A stretch of DNA of 62,248 nucleotides from a virus (taxonomy: Duplodnaviria; Caudoviricetes), in the IMG/VR virus record IMGVR_UViG_3300028490_000008, positions 1-62,248 of that record. The stretch is one strand, 5' to 3'. The stretch's first letter is position 1. The number at the start of each line of letters is the position of its first letter. The notes below the pieces were generated by a model that made no database searches, was not told the DNA's origin, and worked only from the letters and a program-made list of their open reading frames with translations. The translations under genes were made by a program, and so were the position numbers. Positions 36,746 through 47,028 of this stretch are shown piece after piece.

Positions 36746-37266
36746 GTCTAATAATACGAGAGAGTATTAATGTTGACCCTATCACAACAGAGAGACTTGA
36801 TACAATGGGCAATATACACAGATATAATTTCGGATGGTTGAAAACCCATACTATAGTAGGCGATAGTCCTGAGCCTGATGGAGTGACACTAAACTCAGCT
36901 CAGACAGGGATATCTGGAATGGAAAGAACATTCACAGAAGTAACAGCACAGTCAATACTTCCTCCCTCATTAGAAACACCAGAGGTAACAGCTTCAACCT
37001 CAATGAACGACGGTATATCTGTAGGCAGTTTTTATAAGTCAGGTGTTAAGTTTAGAGCAATGATTAGAAGTAGAGCTATTGGTACGTCAGAGATAATCGT
37101 TATGGGACAGCAGACATATGGAATACAAGAGCGTAAACATTACGCTGATGCAATGGGCAGGACTGACGATAGTAGTATGCCTAATCCAGAAACAGAAACA
37201 GCAGAGGGTGGAGTCACAATCTCTATCGCTAACGGTATTAAAACAACAACAGAAATCAAAGGATAA
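36742..37266 (+). CDS. Hypothetical protein
   Basis: ATGA overlap; 174 aa. Confidence 0.7.
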   Translation: MSLIIRESINVDPITTERLDTMGNIHRYNFGWLKTHTIVGDSPEPDGVTLNSAQTGISGMERTFTEVTAQSILPPSLETPEVTASTSMNDGISVGSFYKSGVKFRAMIRSRAIGTSEIIVMGQQTYGIQERKHYADAMGRTDDSSMPNPETETAEGGVTISIANGIKTTTEIKG

Positions 37267-37268
37267 AC

Positions 37269-40091
37269 ATGTACTTTTCAGCAGGCGGAAACAAACAAGG
37301 TGAAGATGGCTATAAAGACTTTTTTGGAGACGGTAGTGAGAAGTTCTATTTTCCTATGCAAGGGTCTGGAAGTGAAATTCTGAACAGACAGAGAATTTAC
37401 ACAAACTACAACTATGATAGATACAATGTTGTTGATGGTAAGATGTGTTTAGAGTTTAGAGCTACGGACTCAAACAACAATTATGCATATACAAACAATA
37501 ACATACCAAGAAGCACGTGGGAAGCAACATCTATTACGGCAAGAGTTCGGATAGACGCTGCAAACGATGGGAGATGGGTCAATATATTTGGAATTGGGTA
37601 TTGGGACCTTAGAAATGGAAGCAGACAACCAGGACTATGGGTGTTCCCTGACGACAAGACAAAGCTCCACTGTAGGAATGATAGTGAAGACAAAGACAAT
37701 GATGGTGCAGACTCTGAGTCTGGTGCTATCCCTCATGAGGAGTGGTTTGATCTAACTGTATCTATAGAGCCTTTGCGTATGAGGGTATGGGTTGGCAGAG
37801 ACAAAATTATAGACTATGTTCCACTGAAGCCTTTCAGAAAGTACGATAGACAACTAATCCTTGGGGCAGGGTACTCTTATGGAGGAGTGTCTATGTTTGA
37901 TATCAGGATATTCAATAGAGGGATGACTCAGAAAGATGTGGATTTTATAGATAGAAAATTCAAGAAAGACTTTCTCCCTTTTGAAGCAGATAGCAGATAT
38001 GAAACTCTTGAGGATAATAGAACTCTTAGAGCCTACCCTTTCAAAGATAGTATACAAGATATGATTACAGGAGAGAATATAAATGCTGTAGGTGGGACCA
38101 ATCAGGCTCAACTGTACAGTGGACAACTTCATGTAGGTCACGATCAGTTCCAGATAGAAAACCTTCCTGTGGATGAAGACACAGAGGCGATCACTCTTAG
38201 TGGGATGCTTTACCCTACTGCATCTGGCATGATGTTTGGAATGTACAGCCACTCTATATATCAATACAATAGTGGGTTCGGTTTCAATACAGGAGCAAGT
38301 GACTGTTATGGTATTCCCTTGACTATTGTTCAACACCGATGGAGTCATATCTCCATAACATTCAAGAAGGGTAAGTACGGGGATATCTTCGTAAATGGAA
38401 TACGACAAACACTACAGCACTTCGCCACAGTCCCTGATGCTGTAGACCCTCAGTTGGTAGATAGAATAGCTTTCAGTGGATGGCTAGGTGATGCCAGCTA
38501 TAGATATGCAGGATGGTATAAGAAGCTAAAGGTTATCAAGGGAGAACTCACAGATGCAGAGGCTATGCTTTTGGCTACCGAAGAATGGCCTACTGACAGA
38601 TCTATAGACGGCTTCCCTAAAGGAGGAGGCTTGTTTGTTCATTGCGAAGATGAGCCAGAAGAAGCATGTATTGCAATGGCTACGAGAGTAGGAGCCACAT
38701 CCTTTAGACCAGAACATTTGATTGCTCCAGTGAAAGTCACACCATATTCAGCAGAAAAAGGCAAGCGTAGATTATGGGAGCGTATGGAGGCACTGAAGAA
38801 TGAAGCACAAGATGGTGCATTAAGATACAGTCTGGATATAGACAACCTTCCTTCTTCTCAGAAGGAAATGTATAATGGGGAGACAGCTCTAATTATGTCA
38901 GAGGCTAATGTAATAGATACTGGCGTTGAACAGGTAGATTTTAAGTCTGTACACATGAGAGCATATTATGATGGAGTGTCTATTGTAGGTGTTGGAAATA
39001 CCGTAAACAACCGGTTACATATCAGAACCAGAGGTGAGTCTATGTATATCCAATGGAGAGAGGGTGCAGGTGGAGTATGGAACTACTCATCTTATGCAAT
39101 ACCTACGGAACTGCTAAATACATGGGTAGATTTCATTGTGTCTGTAAACGCAAGAGGTATACAGTTTGACAGGGTTACGGCGAATGGAAAGAACCTGCCT
39201 CATTCACTAGAGACTGATAGCGATGGAACACTGAGTTCTAAGACTTTTGCAGGCACTGCCAAGATTGGTGCTTCTTTGTATAACAGCGAAGTAATATACA
39301 GTGATGGAAGATTGTCTAAGCTAGATATCTACTCATCGTATTTAGGGCAAAAGAATATAGACAATATTATTGCAGGCAAGACATACAATGATGGTCTCAA
39401 GAAGTATAGTAAAGAAGAGACAATTATCGAAAGAGTTGGACAAGACTTGTATGGTATATACAAAGGGGCTACAGTAATGGGAATGGATCATGAGAATGAT
39501 GATTTCTGGTTCCACAAGTCTATACCTGGGGTAATAGAAACGAGTCACATCTTTGTTGGTATACAGAAGCCTCGGTTTGAGGGGTTCATAAAGAGAGAAG
39601 TTGGATCTTCTTTTGGAGAGAACTCATACTACGCTAGAGCTACAAGCAATGATATTTTGGGCAGTTTTATGGATAGACTATCTCATCCTTACTGGCACGG
39701 AATATACAAGACGGTTGGAGGACTTCCTGTATCCGCAAAGGTCAGAGTTGTTGTGCATATGCTATGCGTGGACTCACTTGACCAAGCACAAAATGACAGA
39801 TTTATAGTTGAAGCAGGAAGCAAACAACTTAGAATATCACCATCCACAACGATGATAAATCAAGTGGCATCATTAGATGCACTGATTGCTGTTCAGCCAA
39901 CCATCATAAAGATGGAGGGAGTATGGCAGCATAGTGGACTAGGTGAGACCATGGCTAGTTTCATGTTTGATGTAGACACAAATGCTTCAGGGCAGGTATA
40001 CGTGCGTGTAAGAGGGTATACAAATCAGTCATACAACGATGAGTCTTTTGGGCTTGTTGCTGCTGATTTCTATGAGCTACCTCAAGAGTAA
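37269..40091 (+). CDS. Multi-LamG/ConA-like domain protein (putative receptor-binding fibre)
   Basis: About three units with W.[DH]...[ST]...[VF]NG and ending DIRIFNRGMT / KLKVIKGELT / KLDIYSSYL. Confidence 0.7.
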   Translation: MYFSAGGNKQGEDGYKDFFGDGSEKFYFPMQGSGSEILNRQRIYTNYNYDRYNVVDGKMCLEFRATDSNNNYAYTNNNIPRSTWEATSITARVRIDAANDGRWVNIFGIGYWDLRNGSRQPGLWVFPDDKTKLHCRNDSEDKDNDGADSESGAIPHEEWFDLTVSIEPLRMRVWVGRDKIIDYVPLKPFRKYDRQLILGAGYSYGGVSMFDIRIFNRGMTQKDVDFIDRKFKKDFLPFEADSRYETLEDNRTLRAYPFKDSIQDMITGENINAVGGTNQAQLYSGQLHVGHDQFQIENLPVDEDTEAITLSGMLYPTASGMMFGMYSHSIYQYNSGFGFNTGASDCYGIPLTIVQHRWSHISITFKKGKYGDIFVNGIRQTLQHFATVPDAVDPQLVDRIAFSGWLGDASYRYAGWYKKLKVIKGELTDAEAMLLATEEWPTDRSIDGFPKGGGLFVHCEDEPEEACIAMATRVGATSFRPEHLIAPVKVTPYSAEKGKRRLWERMEALKNEAQDGALRYSLDIDNLPSSQKEMYNGETALIMSEANVIDTGVEQVDFKSVHMRAYYDGVSIVGVGNTVNNRLHIRTRGESMYIQWREGAGGVWNYSSYAIPTELLNTWVDFIVSVNARGIQFDRVTANGKNLPHSLETDSDGTLSSKTFAGTAKIGASLYNSEVIYSDGRLSKLDIYSSYLGQKNIDNIIAGKTYNDGLKKYSKEETIIERVGQDLYGIYKGATVMGMDHENDDFWFHKSIPGVIETSHIFVGIQKPRFEGFIKREVGSSFGENSYYARATSNDILGSFMDRLSHPYWHGIYKTVGGLPVSAKVRVVVHMLCVDSLDQAQNDRFIVEAGSKQLRISPSTTMINQVASLDALIAVQPTIIKMEGVWQHSGLGETMASFMFDVDTNASGQVYVRVRGYTNQSYNDESFGLVAADFYELPQE

Positions 40092-40099
40092 TATTAAGA

Positions 40100-40108
40100 C
40101 GGTATAAT
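40100..40108 (+). promoter_or_regulatory. -10 promoter CGGTATAAT upstream of the RNAP gene
   Basis: TATAAT 23 nt before the ATG; AGGAG RBS. Confidence 0.65.
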
Positions 40109-40131
40109 GCAGAATACAAACAGGAGTAGAT

Positions 40132-43100
40132 ATGACAAGTTTAAATAGAGACCACAACGAGCTTAACTCAGCGATGAGAACAGAAGTTACAAAAGCTTTT
40201 GAGGGCAAGAAAGTTGAAGGTAAATACAAGTCTCTATTGTATTCCAATGTGACACCACAAAAAACAGACGAGTCTTTTAGAAAGTTGACATCGACTATTA
40301 ATAGTGGTGGAACAATGGCACAAAAATACAAGGCTGACATAACAATCCTAGACAACGAAACAGGAAAGGTTGTAGACCATAAAAAAGGTGTACATATTGG
40401 AGACGTACCTCTATATACCAAGAAAGGTGGTTTCGTAATTGATGGGAACACATATAACCTTCCTAACCAAATCAGACTTAAGCCAGGGGCGTACACTCTC
40501 AATAAAGCCAATGGTGATGTAGAGACCATGATGAACGTGAAGAATGGTACAGGAATGAAGCTAGTGTCTCCACAGGATAAGGATGATGTAAAGCTACAGA
40601 TTGGATCACGTCAATTTAACCCGTTGGATGTCGCTAAGATACTTGGTGCATCAGACAAAGAGATTGATGGGACGATAGGTAAGGATGTGGCTACCCATTT
40701 GCGAAAGAAGTCGAATGTTGAAGGTACAGCTCTGAAGCTTTCTCAGACTCTTGGTCTTACTGGTCCAGACATAACTCCTCCCCATAAAGAAATCATGGTT
40801 GGTCTTACTGACTACTTTAAAAAGACAGAGCTAGACCCTAGTGTAACAGAACATACACTCGGCAAGGCAACCACAACTGTAGATAAAAACACAATGTTGT
40901 TGAGTATCAAGCGAAACGTGGGAGTTAAGCGTGGCACAGAAGAAGAAGATGACAAAGAAAATCTCATGTTCAAACAAATCATCACTCCAGAGAAGCTACT
41001 TGTAGAAGGCGTAGCGAGGGACATTCGTAAGCCTGAAGCTAGAATGAAAGGGTTACTAAACAACCCGTTTCAAAAGGTTACTGTTGGTGAGATAATGAAA
41101 GAGCCTACACTCAAACATGCAGCCAAGACTTTCTTAACCACAAGTGCAATATCAAGAATGCCTGAAGAGTACAATCCATTGCAGACACTACAAGGTGGTA
41201 GCGATATTACTCCTATGGGTGAGGGTGGAATTACATCTACCGAAATGATTACTCCGTCTGTGCGTTCCTTGCATTTATCTCAGCTTGGGTTTATTGATCC
41301 TATTAAGTCACCAGAAGGTGCAAATACAGGTGTAACACTCAGCACAACACATGGAGCATTCGTTGATAGTAAAGGAAATGCTTCTTTGCGTGTAAAGAAC
41401 CTTAAGACAGGAAAGTCAGAGGTTAAAACTGTAGGCGAACTATGGAAGAAGAAGATAGCATTCCCAGACCCTAAAAAGAATGGTGAGGTAGGAATACGTC
41501 AGGGCTCAGATATGACGGTGGGTAACATCAAGCATGCTGACTATCAGATAGTTGACTCAGAGGACATCTACGGGCCAGCAATGAACGCTCTTGGCATAAT
41601 AAGCTCAAACGACCCAACAAGAAACCTAATGGCGTCCAAGCATGTGTTACAAGCCTTACCCTTAGTGGATGCTGATGCTAACCCTGTAAGTCTGAAGGGT
41701 AAAGATGGACAAAGTCTATTGAAGAGACTTGCCAATTCGCATTTACCTACATCTAAGTTTGATGGTAAAGTGAGTAGAGTAGATACAAGAGCCGGGAAAA
41801 TACACTATACTGACACGTCTGGCAAAGAGCATATGGAAGATTATGCCGTAGACCCAATGCAACTGAACACTAAGACATTCATAAGTCATAAGCCTATAGT
41901 GAAGGCAGGGGATAAGATATCAAAAGGACAAGCCCTCGCTGACTCTAACTTCTCAAAAAATGGAGAGCTTGCAATAGGCAAGAACCTTAGAACTGCATGG
42001 ATGATGTATCCAGGTACACGTAATGATGCGTTTGTTGTATCCGAGAGTGCAGCGAAGAAGCTTACATCCGTCCATTCATCTAAGTTTGATATAGATGGCA
42101 CAAAAGGTACAATCCTAGACAAAAAGAAGTTTGCTGCAATGTTCCCTGAAGTTGTAAAGAAGTTGGATCTATCTAAGTATGGTGACAATGGGGTTATGCT
42201 GAAGGGACAGTCTGTAGTCAAAGATGAACCTATCGTATTAGGCATGAAAAAGATGGACCCGTCAGAAGTTAGATTTGCAAACGACAAAGTGAAGAAACTG
42301 TTGTACGGAGGAATGGCACCAGTGATGCAGAAGTGGAAGGGTGACAATACAGGTGTTGTTACAAGTGTGTCAACCAAAGGCTCGCAGCATAGAGTCATCG
42401 CTGAATACAAAGCACCTCTTATCAAGGGTGACAAGATAGCAGGGCGTAGTGGGAATAAAGGTATTATATCAGCCGTAATTCCAGACAATGATATGCCTAG
42501 AGACGAGAAGGGAAATCCTATCGATGTAATACTCGGTGGTGCAGGTGTAAACTCAAGACAAAACCCAGCTCAGATTATCGAGGCTTCTTTGAGTGAGACG
42601 GCGAAAAAGACAGGAAAGCCGTATGTCCTTCCTCACTATACTCATAATGATCTTAGGAATTTTGCGAACGATGAAGCTAAGAAGAATGGGGTGAAGCTAT
42701 ATCACAAGGTATACGACCCATTAAGAAAGGTTACGCTGAAGCAACCTGTGTTTGTAGCAGACTATAACATCATGAAACTGTTCAAGCAAGGGGAAGGGAC
42801 ATACTCTGCAATAGGGCATGGACCAGTAGATGCTCTTAACCAACCTAAAAAGGGTGGGAAAGAGTCTGCAGCTTCTGTATCCAATATGGAAATAAATGCA
42901 CTTCTTGCACATGATGCACGAGATTTTCTTAGAGAAGTAGGGACAGTAAAGTCTCAGCGAAACCAAAAGTGGTTCTCTGCTTTTGAAGCCGGTGGTATTC
43001 CTCCTGCACCAGAGAGAAAGTCTGCGAGAGACAATTTCCATGGTCTTCTTAATCAGATGAATATACAAGTCAGAGAAGACGGAAACAGAAGACATATCTT

Positions 43101-44367
43101 GCCTCTATTGGATAAGGATGTAGTAAAGAGAAGTAGTGGTGTAGTAAATGAGCCTTTTGGTCTTAAACGAAACACTATGGACCCTGTAGCAGGCGGCTTT
43201 TATGATACGAGTATATTCGGTGGTCACGGTGAGAACTATGGGCATATTGATTTAGGTGTAAAAGTAATCAATCCACTGTATAAGAAACCTGTAGCTGCAC
43301 TCATGGGTGTAACAGAGAAGGGACTAGATAGTCATATTGCAGAACATGGAATTGACAGTGTGTATAAAAAGATAAGTGGGGCTAGAATAAAACCTACAAT
43401 TAAACACATGAAAGATATGATTAAGCGTACGAAAGACACAGCTAAGGCAGACAGAGCAATGAAAGCCATCAAGTCTTTAAAGAAGATAGATGGTCTAGGT
43501 GAGAACCCTGCAGACGTTATGTTTATGTCAAAAGTGTCAGTGCTTCCTGTTAAGATGAGACCTCCGTCAAAAATGCCAGACGGAAGTATTATTGAGCATG
43601 ATGTAAATAATCACTATTCAAATATTGCTAGATCTGCAAATCAGATAAAAAAACTAGATAAAGATGTACCTGCTTCTCTAAGGAACAGATTACACAGTGA
43701 ATTGCAGGCACACGTAGGGGCTATGTTTGGAACAAATGTATCTCCTGACCCAAAGATGATTAGAAAAGAGACAAAGAGTGTTATGGACATAGTGTCTGGA
43801 GCGAACCCTAAGACATCGTTTTGGCACCAGAAGATACTAAAGAATAAAGTCTTTGGTTCCGGTAGAGCTGTTATTGTTCCTCACACAAAGTCTTTAGGTA
43901 TGGACCAGGTAGAAATACCAAAGCATGTAGCTTGGAGTGCATTTCAGCCCCACGTTACTAGGAAGATGTCACAAATGGGTATCCCTAACGACAGAGCAAA
44001 AGAAATGATAGAGCAAAGAAACGAGACTGCCACAAATGTTCTTACTCAAGTAATGAAGGATGTACCTGTAGTTATTAACAGAGCACCTGCATTGCACAAG
44101 CATAATATGACAGGCCACTATGCTAAAATCTCAGGTGGAAATGTAATGCATATACCACCAGAGATAGAGAATGGACAGAACGCAGATTATGATGGCGACC
44201 AACTTGCAATACACGTTCCATTTGGACAAAAAGCAATCCATGATGTGAAGACAAAGCTTATGGCATCTAAGCAGTTGTTTACTGACTCGGCAAAAAAAGG
44301 TCTTACTATGGGTATAGATCTTGACCCTTTTATTGGGTTCTATGATGCAACAAAGAAAGGAAGATAG
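40132..44367 (+). CDS. rpoBC: Phage DNA-directed RNA polymerase: beta fused to N-terminal beta-prime
   Basis: Beta motifs FVIDG..NQIR..PG, SPEGAN.G, GELAIGKN, GDKIAGRSGNKG, SRQN.AQ, MEINAL; beta-prime motifs GHIDL, VLPVKMRP, SGRAVI, NRAPALH, NADYDGDQ.A.HVP. Confidence 0.95.
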   Translation: MTSLNRDHNELNSAMRTEVTKAFEGKKVEGKYKSLLYSNVTPQKTDESFRKLTSTINSGGTMAQKYKADITILDNETGKVVDHKKGVHIGDVPLYTKKGGFVIDGNTYNLPNQIRLKPGAYTLNKANGDVETMMNVKNGTGMKLVSPQDKDDVKLQIGSRQFNPLDVAKILGASDKEIDGTIGKDVATHLRKKSNVEGTALKLSQTLGLTGPDITPPHKEIMVGLTDYFKKTELDPSVTEHTLGKATTTVDKNTMLLSIKRNVGVKRGTEEEDDKENLMFKQIITPEKLLVEGVARDIRKPEARMKGLLNNPFQKVTVGEIMKEPTLKHAAKTFLTTSAISRMPEEYNPLQTLQGGSDITPMGEGGITSTEMITPSVRSLHLSQLGFIDPIKSPEGANTGVTLSTTHGAFVDSKGNASLRVKNLKTGKSEVKTVGELWKKKIAFPDPKKNGEVGIRQGSDMTVGNIKHADYQIVDSEDIYGPAMNALGIISSNDPTRNLMASKHVLQALPLVDADANPVSLKGKDGQSLLKRLANSHLPTSKFDGKVSRVDTRAGKIHYTDTSGKEHMEDYAVDPMQLNTKTFISHKPIVKAGDKISKGQALADSNFSKNGELAIGKNLRTAWMMYPGTRNDAFVVSESAAKKLTSVHSSKFDIDGTKGTILDKKKFAAMFPEVVKKLDLSKYGDNGVMLKGQSVVKDEPIVLGMKKMDPSEVRFANDKVKKLLYGGMAPVMQKWKGDNTGVVTSVSTKGSQHRVIAEYKAPLIKGDKIAGRSGNKGIISAVIPDNDMPRDEKGNPIDVILGGAGVNSRQNPAQIIEASLSETAKKTGKPYVLPHYTHNDLRNFANDEAKKNGVKLYHKVYDPLRKVTLKQPVFVADYNIMKLFKQGEGTYSAIGHGPVDALNQPKKGGKESAASVSNMEINALLAHDARDFLREVGTVKSQRNQKWFSAFEAGGIPPAPERKSARDNFHGLLNQMNIQVREDGNRRHILPLLDKDVVKRSSGVVNEPFGLKRNTMDPVAGGFYDTSIFGGHGENYGHIDLGVKVINPLYKKPVAALMGVTEKGLDSHIAEHGIDSVYKKISGARIKPTIKHMKDMIKRTKDTAKADRAMKAIKSLKKIDGLGENPADVMFMSKVSVLPVKMRPPSKMPDGSIIEHDVNNHYSNIARSANQIKKLDKDVPASLRNRLHSELQAHVGAMFGTNVSPDPKMIRKETKSVMDIVSGANPKTSFWHQKILKNKVFGSGRAVIVPHTKSLGMDQVEIPKHVAWSAFQPHVTRKMSQMGIPNDRAKEMIEQRNETATNVLTQVMKDVPVVINRAPALHKHNMTGHYAKISGGNVMHIPPEIENGQNADYDGDQLAIHVPFGQKAIHDVKTKLMASKQLFTDSAKKGLTMGIDLDPFIGFYDATKKGR

Positions 44368-44368
44368 T

Positions 44369-44677
44369 ATGGATAAATTAGCAACGAGTCTATTTAAGTC
44401 AAAACTCATCGCTTCGGCAAGAAGAGCGAAGACTGAGAAGACAAGAAAAGCAGTAGGAAAAGAGCTAGACAGCGGAGACTTTGAGAGAAGTAATTACCTC
44501 AAGGCTCAGAAAAATCATGCCATTAGCGTAGAGAAGCGTAACAAGACAGACAAGATGGTTGACGGCAAGCTGTCAAAGAAGTTTAGAGGTGTAGTTAAGA
44601 GCATTAAAAAGAAGCTGTCAGTAGGTGATTTCTTTAAGGGAAAAATGTCCCCAATGGCTCAGCCGGCTATGGCTTAA
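44369..44677 (+). CDS. Small basic protein (MDKLA start)
   Basis: ATG 1 nt after the RNAP stop; Lys-rich. Confidence 0.7.
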   Translation: MDKLATSLFKSKLIASARRAKTEKTRKAVGKELDSGDFERSNYLKAQKNHAISVEKRNKTDKMVDGKLSKKFRGVVKSIKKKLSVGDFFKGKMSPMAQPAMA

Positions 44678-44689
44678 TATAATCTTTTT

Positions 44690-44698
44690 TGGTACAAT
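44690..44698 (+). promoter_or_regulatory. Extended -10 promoter TGGTACAAT
   Basis: T-tract upstream; precedes 44730. Confidence 0.65.
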
Positions 44699-44729
44699 GT
44701 TAAATAAATAAATTTGTGGGAGCATAAAT

Positions 44730-46427
44730 ATGATTACACTTGTAGGTAAAATCCTTAAAGATAGTATGCCTGTTGCAGGAGGTTCTGTACAGATATATGT
44801 ATACGATCCTGCCAACAATATAGAGCAATGGTCGGACGTAGTAGTCGCTGACTCAAACGGAAGATATCAAGTTGCATTCTCAGATGTGAGAGAGCTTCAC
44901 CAGAACTTTTCAGACAAAGCAGAGATACTTGTTTCTGCATGGGAAGATGCGAGCGAGATCAGAACAGACACACATGCATATCTAGGGAGTTCTATCCTAC
45001 AATATGATGGAGAAGCTCTTTGTATCGTAGATGTTACAATACTAGAAGCAGGACAATGTTCATATGAGCTTGTTAACAACTCTATCTCTATCACCCAAAA
45101 TGAAAGAATTCCATACACACCACATTTCGAGTCCACTAACCAAGTAGGCTTTTTCCACGGAGTAAGAGTATTCCCTCAAAGTGTTGTGGCTGAAATACTA
45201 ATGAAAAACGGAACTGAGTTCATTGATCCATATGACCTTATTTTTGCAGAGGTTGGAGAGTTCACAGTAGACACTAGAGGAACAAGTGTATTCGGTGTAT
45301 CTTTTGTTGGCACACTGCATGTTACTACTATTGCAAGTACAGACAATGAACAATCATTGGTGTTTGATGATATCGATATCGACAGAGGGTTGGCATTCTT
45401 TGTTATAAAAGACAGAGGGATTAAAGACAACATTTTAAACCTTAGCATGTACACCTCACAGAGATACACTCTTTCCAATGTGAAATTCTTCGTAGATGAT
45501 TTGATGGTAAGAGAGATTACTGACTTCTCTACTCCTTTGGTGTCAATAGCCCTTGCAGGTATTGCTGGGTCAAGCAGAATGTTACGTATGGAAGCGACAG
45601 GGACTATTGAAGGTTCTACTGATGAAGTTTCATATGAATACGAGAGACAAGTAAAAGACTTCAGTACAATCACCGGAGACATATCTGTATCTTTAGATCC
45701 ACAAACAGGATTGCATACCGCAGCCCTTAGTACAACGAGTGGCTCTGAAGTGTCAGAGATACTGTGGCAAATAGTATACAAATCTACGATAGTAGAGAAG
45801 GTGTTAAAAGTCTCAAATGTAGAAGAGAAGGCTCTTATTAATATCTTATACCAAGAGTACACAGACCCATCTACAACAACGCTTGAGTTTGAAGCATTAC
45901 AGCCAGGGAACTATTCTATCGTGGCATACGTCATAAATTCATCTGGTGTGTATTTCAAGATAAGTGAAGACTTGTTTGTTCCGGGCGGTGGTGGAGAAGA
46001 GCAACCTATTAATGTGGGTGACTCTATTACTGTGGGCTGTCTAAGCAATCATGGTGAGGTTCCAATTATGTCAATCTACAGGCTGTCGAGAGATGGCTAC
46101 GAGTCAGAGATAAGTGTACCTATGCAGCATGCCTTTGAGAGAACATACTTCTACGACTATACGGTTGAAGATGATGACAGCTTCTATATCTTTAAGGCAG
46201 CAGACAGTGTTGTAGTTAAAAAGGTTGGTACTCCGAGAGGTTGTGCTATTGCATATTCAAAAAACAAAGAAGTTGGAAGAGATATTCCTTTTCAGCTTCA
46301 AGACTTCAACGGGAACACTATTGACAGTGGCATACTAGACGACTCTGGATTTGGTGTGTATTATAAAGTCATGTCAGAGAATGTACATGGTGTTCTAGTT
46401 GTAGGAAGTACATATAAGGTCGTGTAA
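44730..46427 (+). CDS. Putative structural protein with Ig-like beta domains
   Basis: ADSNGRYQV and QPGNYSI strands; acidic, beta-rich. Confidence 0.6.
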   Translation: MITLVGKILKDSMPVAGGSVQIYVYDPANNIEQWSDVVVADSNGRYQVAFSDVRELHQNFSDKAEILVSAWEDASEIRTDTHAYLGSSILQYDGEALCIVDVTILEAGQCSYELVNNSISITQNERIPYTPHFESTNQVGFFHGVRVFPQSVVAEILMKNGTEFIDPYDLIFAEVGEFTVDTRGTSVFGVSFVGTLHVTTIASTDNEQSLVFDDIDIDRGLAFFVIKDRGIKDNILNLSMYTSQRYTLSNVKFFVDDLMVREITDFSTPLVSIALAGIAGSSRMLRMEATGTIEGSTDEVSYEYERQVKDFSTITGDISVSLDPQTGLHTAALSTTSGSEVSEILWQIVYKSTIVEKVLKVSNVEEKALINILYQEYTDPSTTTLEFEALQPGNYSIVAYVINSSGVYFKISEDLFVPGGGGEEQPINVGDSITVGCLSNHGEVPIMSIYRLSRDGYESEISVPMQHAFERTYFYDYTVEDDDSFYIFKAADSVVVKKVGTPRGCAIAYSKNKEVGRDIPFQLQDFNGNTIDSGILDDSGFGVYYKVMSENVHGVLVVGSTYKVV

Positions 46428-47026
46428 TGAACGCAACGACAAGATCGTCGAGGGTCATAGTTGGGAATACGTTCTCTGTATTCTGCGACAATGACAGCTC
46501 GGTGGAAGTCTTTAGGTTTTCATCTGGTCAACTGTCTACTGTGTCTGTTACATATACTCAAAAAGAAAATGACTTCAAAGAGGCTGAGATAGCATCGTCG
46601 CAAGACGGATACTACTTTGTCAGGTCAGGAAGAAACGTACAATCTTTAAAGAAAGGAAATATACCTTATCAACTCTTTCTGTTTGATGGAAATCAAAATG
46701 AAGACCTTGAGCTTGAGCCTGAGTCTTTTGATATGGATGGACACAAGATAGGAGACAATACAGTTTCTCATATAGGATATGGGATATATGTAATAGACCC
46801 TATGGTGTTGAACCAATCTATCGTGAAGGTTAGAGGTAAGATTTTCCACAGTTTTCCAAATGCGGAGAACTCAGATTGTCCAGATGTAAACAGGGCTGCC
46901 ACAACAGTTACTTTGTCTCCTCAAGAAGAAGTAACAGTGATTAGTATCGGTGGAACTAAGACTGGTGTGTCCGTAGAGGACTCAAACGTAGGGCTCAGTG
47001 TAGAGCAAACAACTTTTAAGGTGTAG
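46427..47026 (+). CDS. Hypothetical beta-rich protein
   Basis: TAATG coupling; GYGIYV resembles GFGVYY in the upstream protein. Confidence 0.7.
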   Translation: MNATTRSSRVIVGNTFSVFCDNDSSVEVFRFSSGQLSTVSVTYTQKENDFKEAEIASSQDGYYFVRSGRNVQSLKKGNIPYQLFLFDGNQNEDLELEPESFDMDGHKIGDNTVSHIGYGIYVIDPMVLNQSIVKVRGKIFHSFPNAENSDCPDVNRAATTVTLSPQEEVTVISIGGTKTGVSVEDSNVGLSVEQTTFKV

Positions 47027-47028
47027 GC

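Noticed and set aside
23407-40091. Diversity-generating retroelement targeting the lectin-like genes
   Set aside because: No reverse transcriptase and no TR/VR repeat pair seen, though a by-eye search could miss one
40132-44367. Host chromosomal rpoBC (Helicobacter-type fusion) or rpoC pseudogene
   Set aside because: Far shorter and highly divergent, no ribosomal-protein gene context, catalytic residues intact, and the next ORF is not RpoC-like
45176-45862. Long antisense ORFs (also 41886-42488, 48574-49158, 7308-7856, 37854-38408, 3034-3564)
   Set aside because: They lie opposite well-supported genes and look like codon-bias shadows
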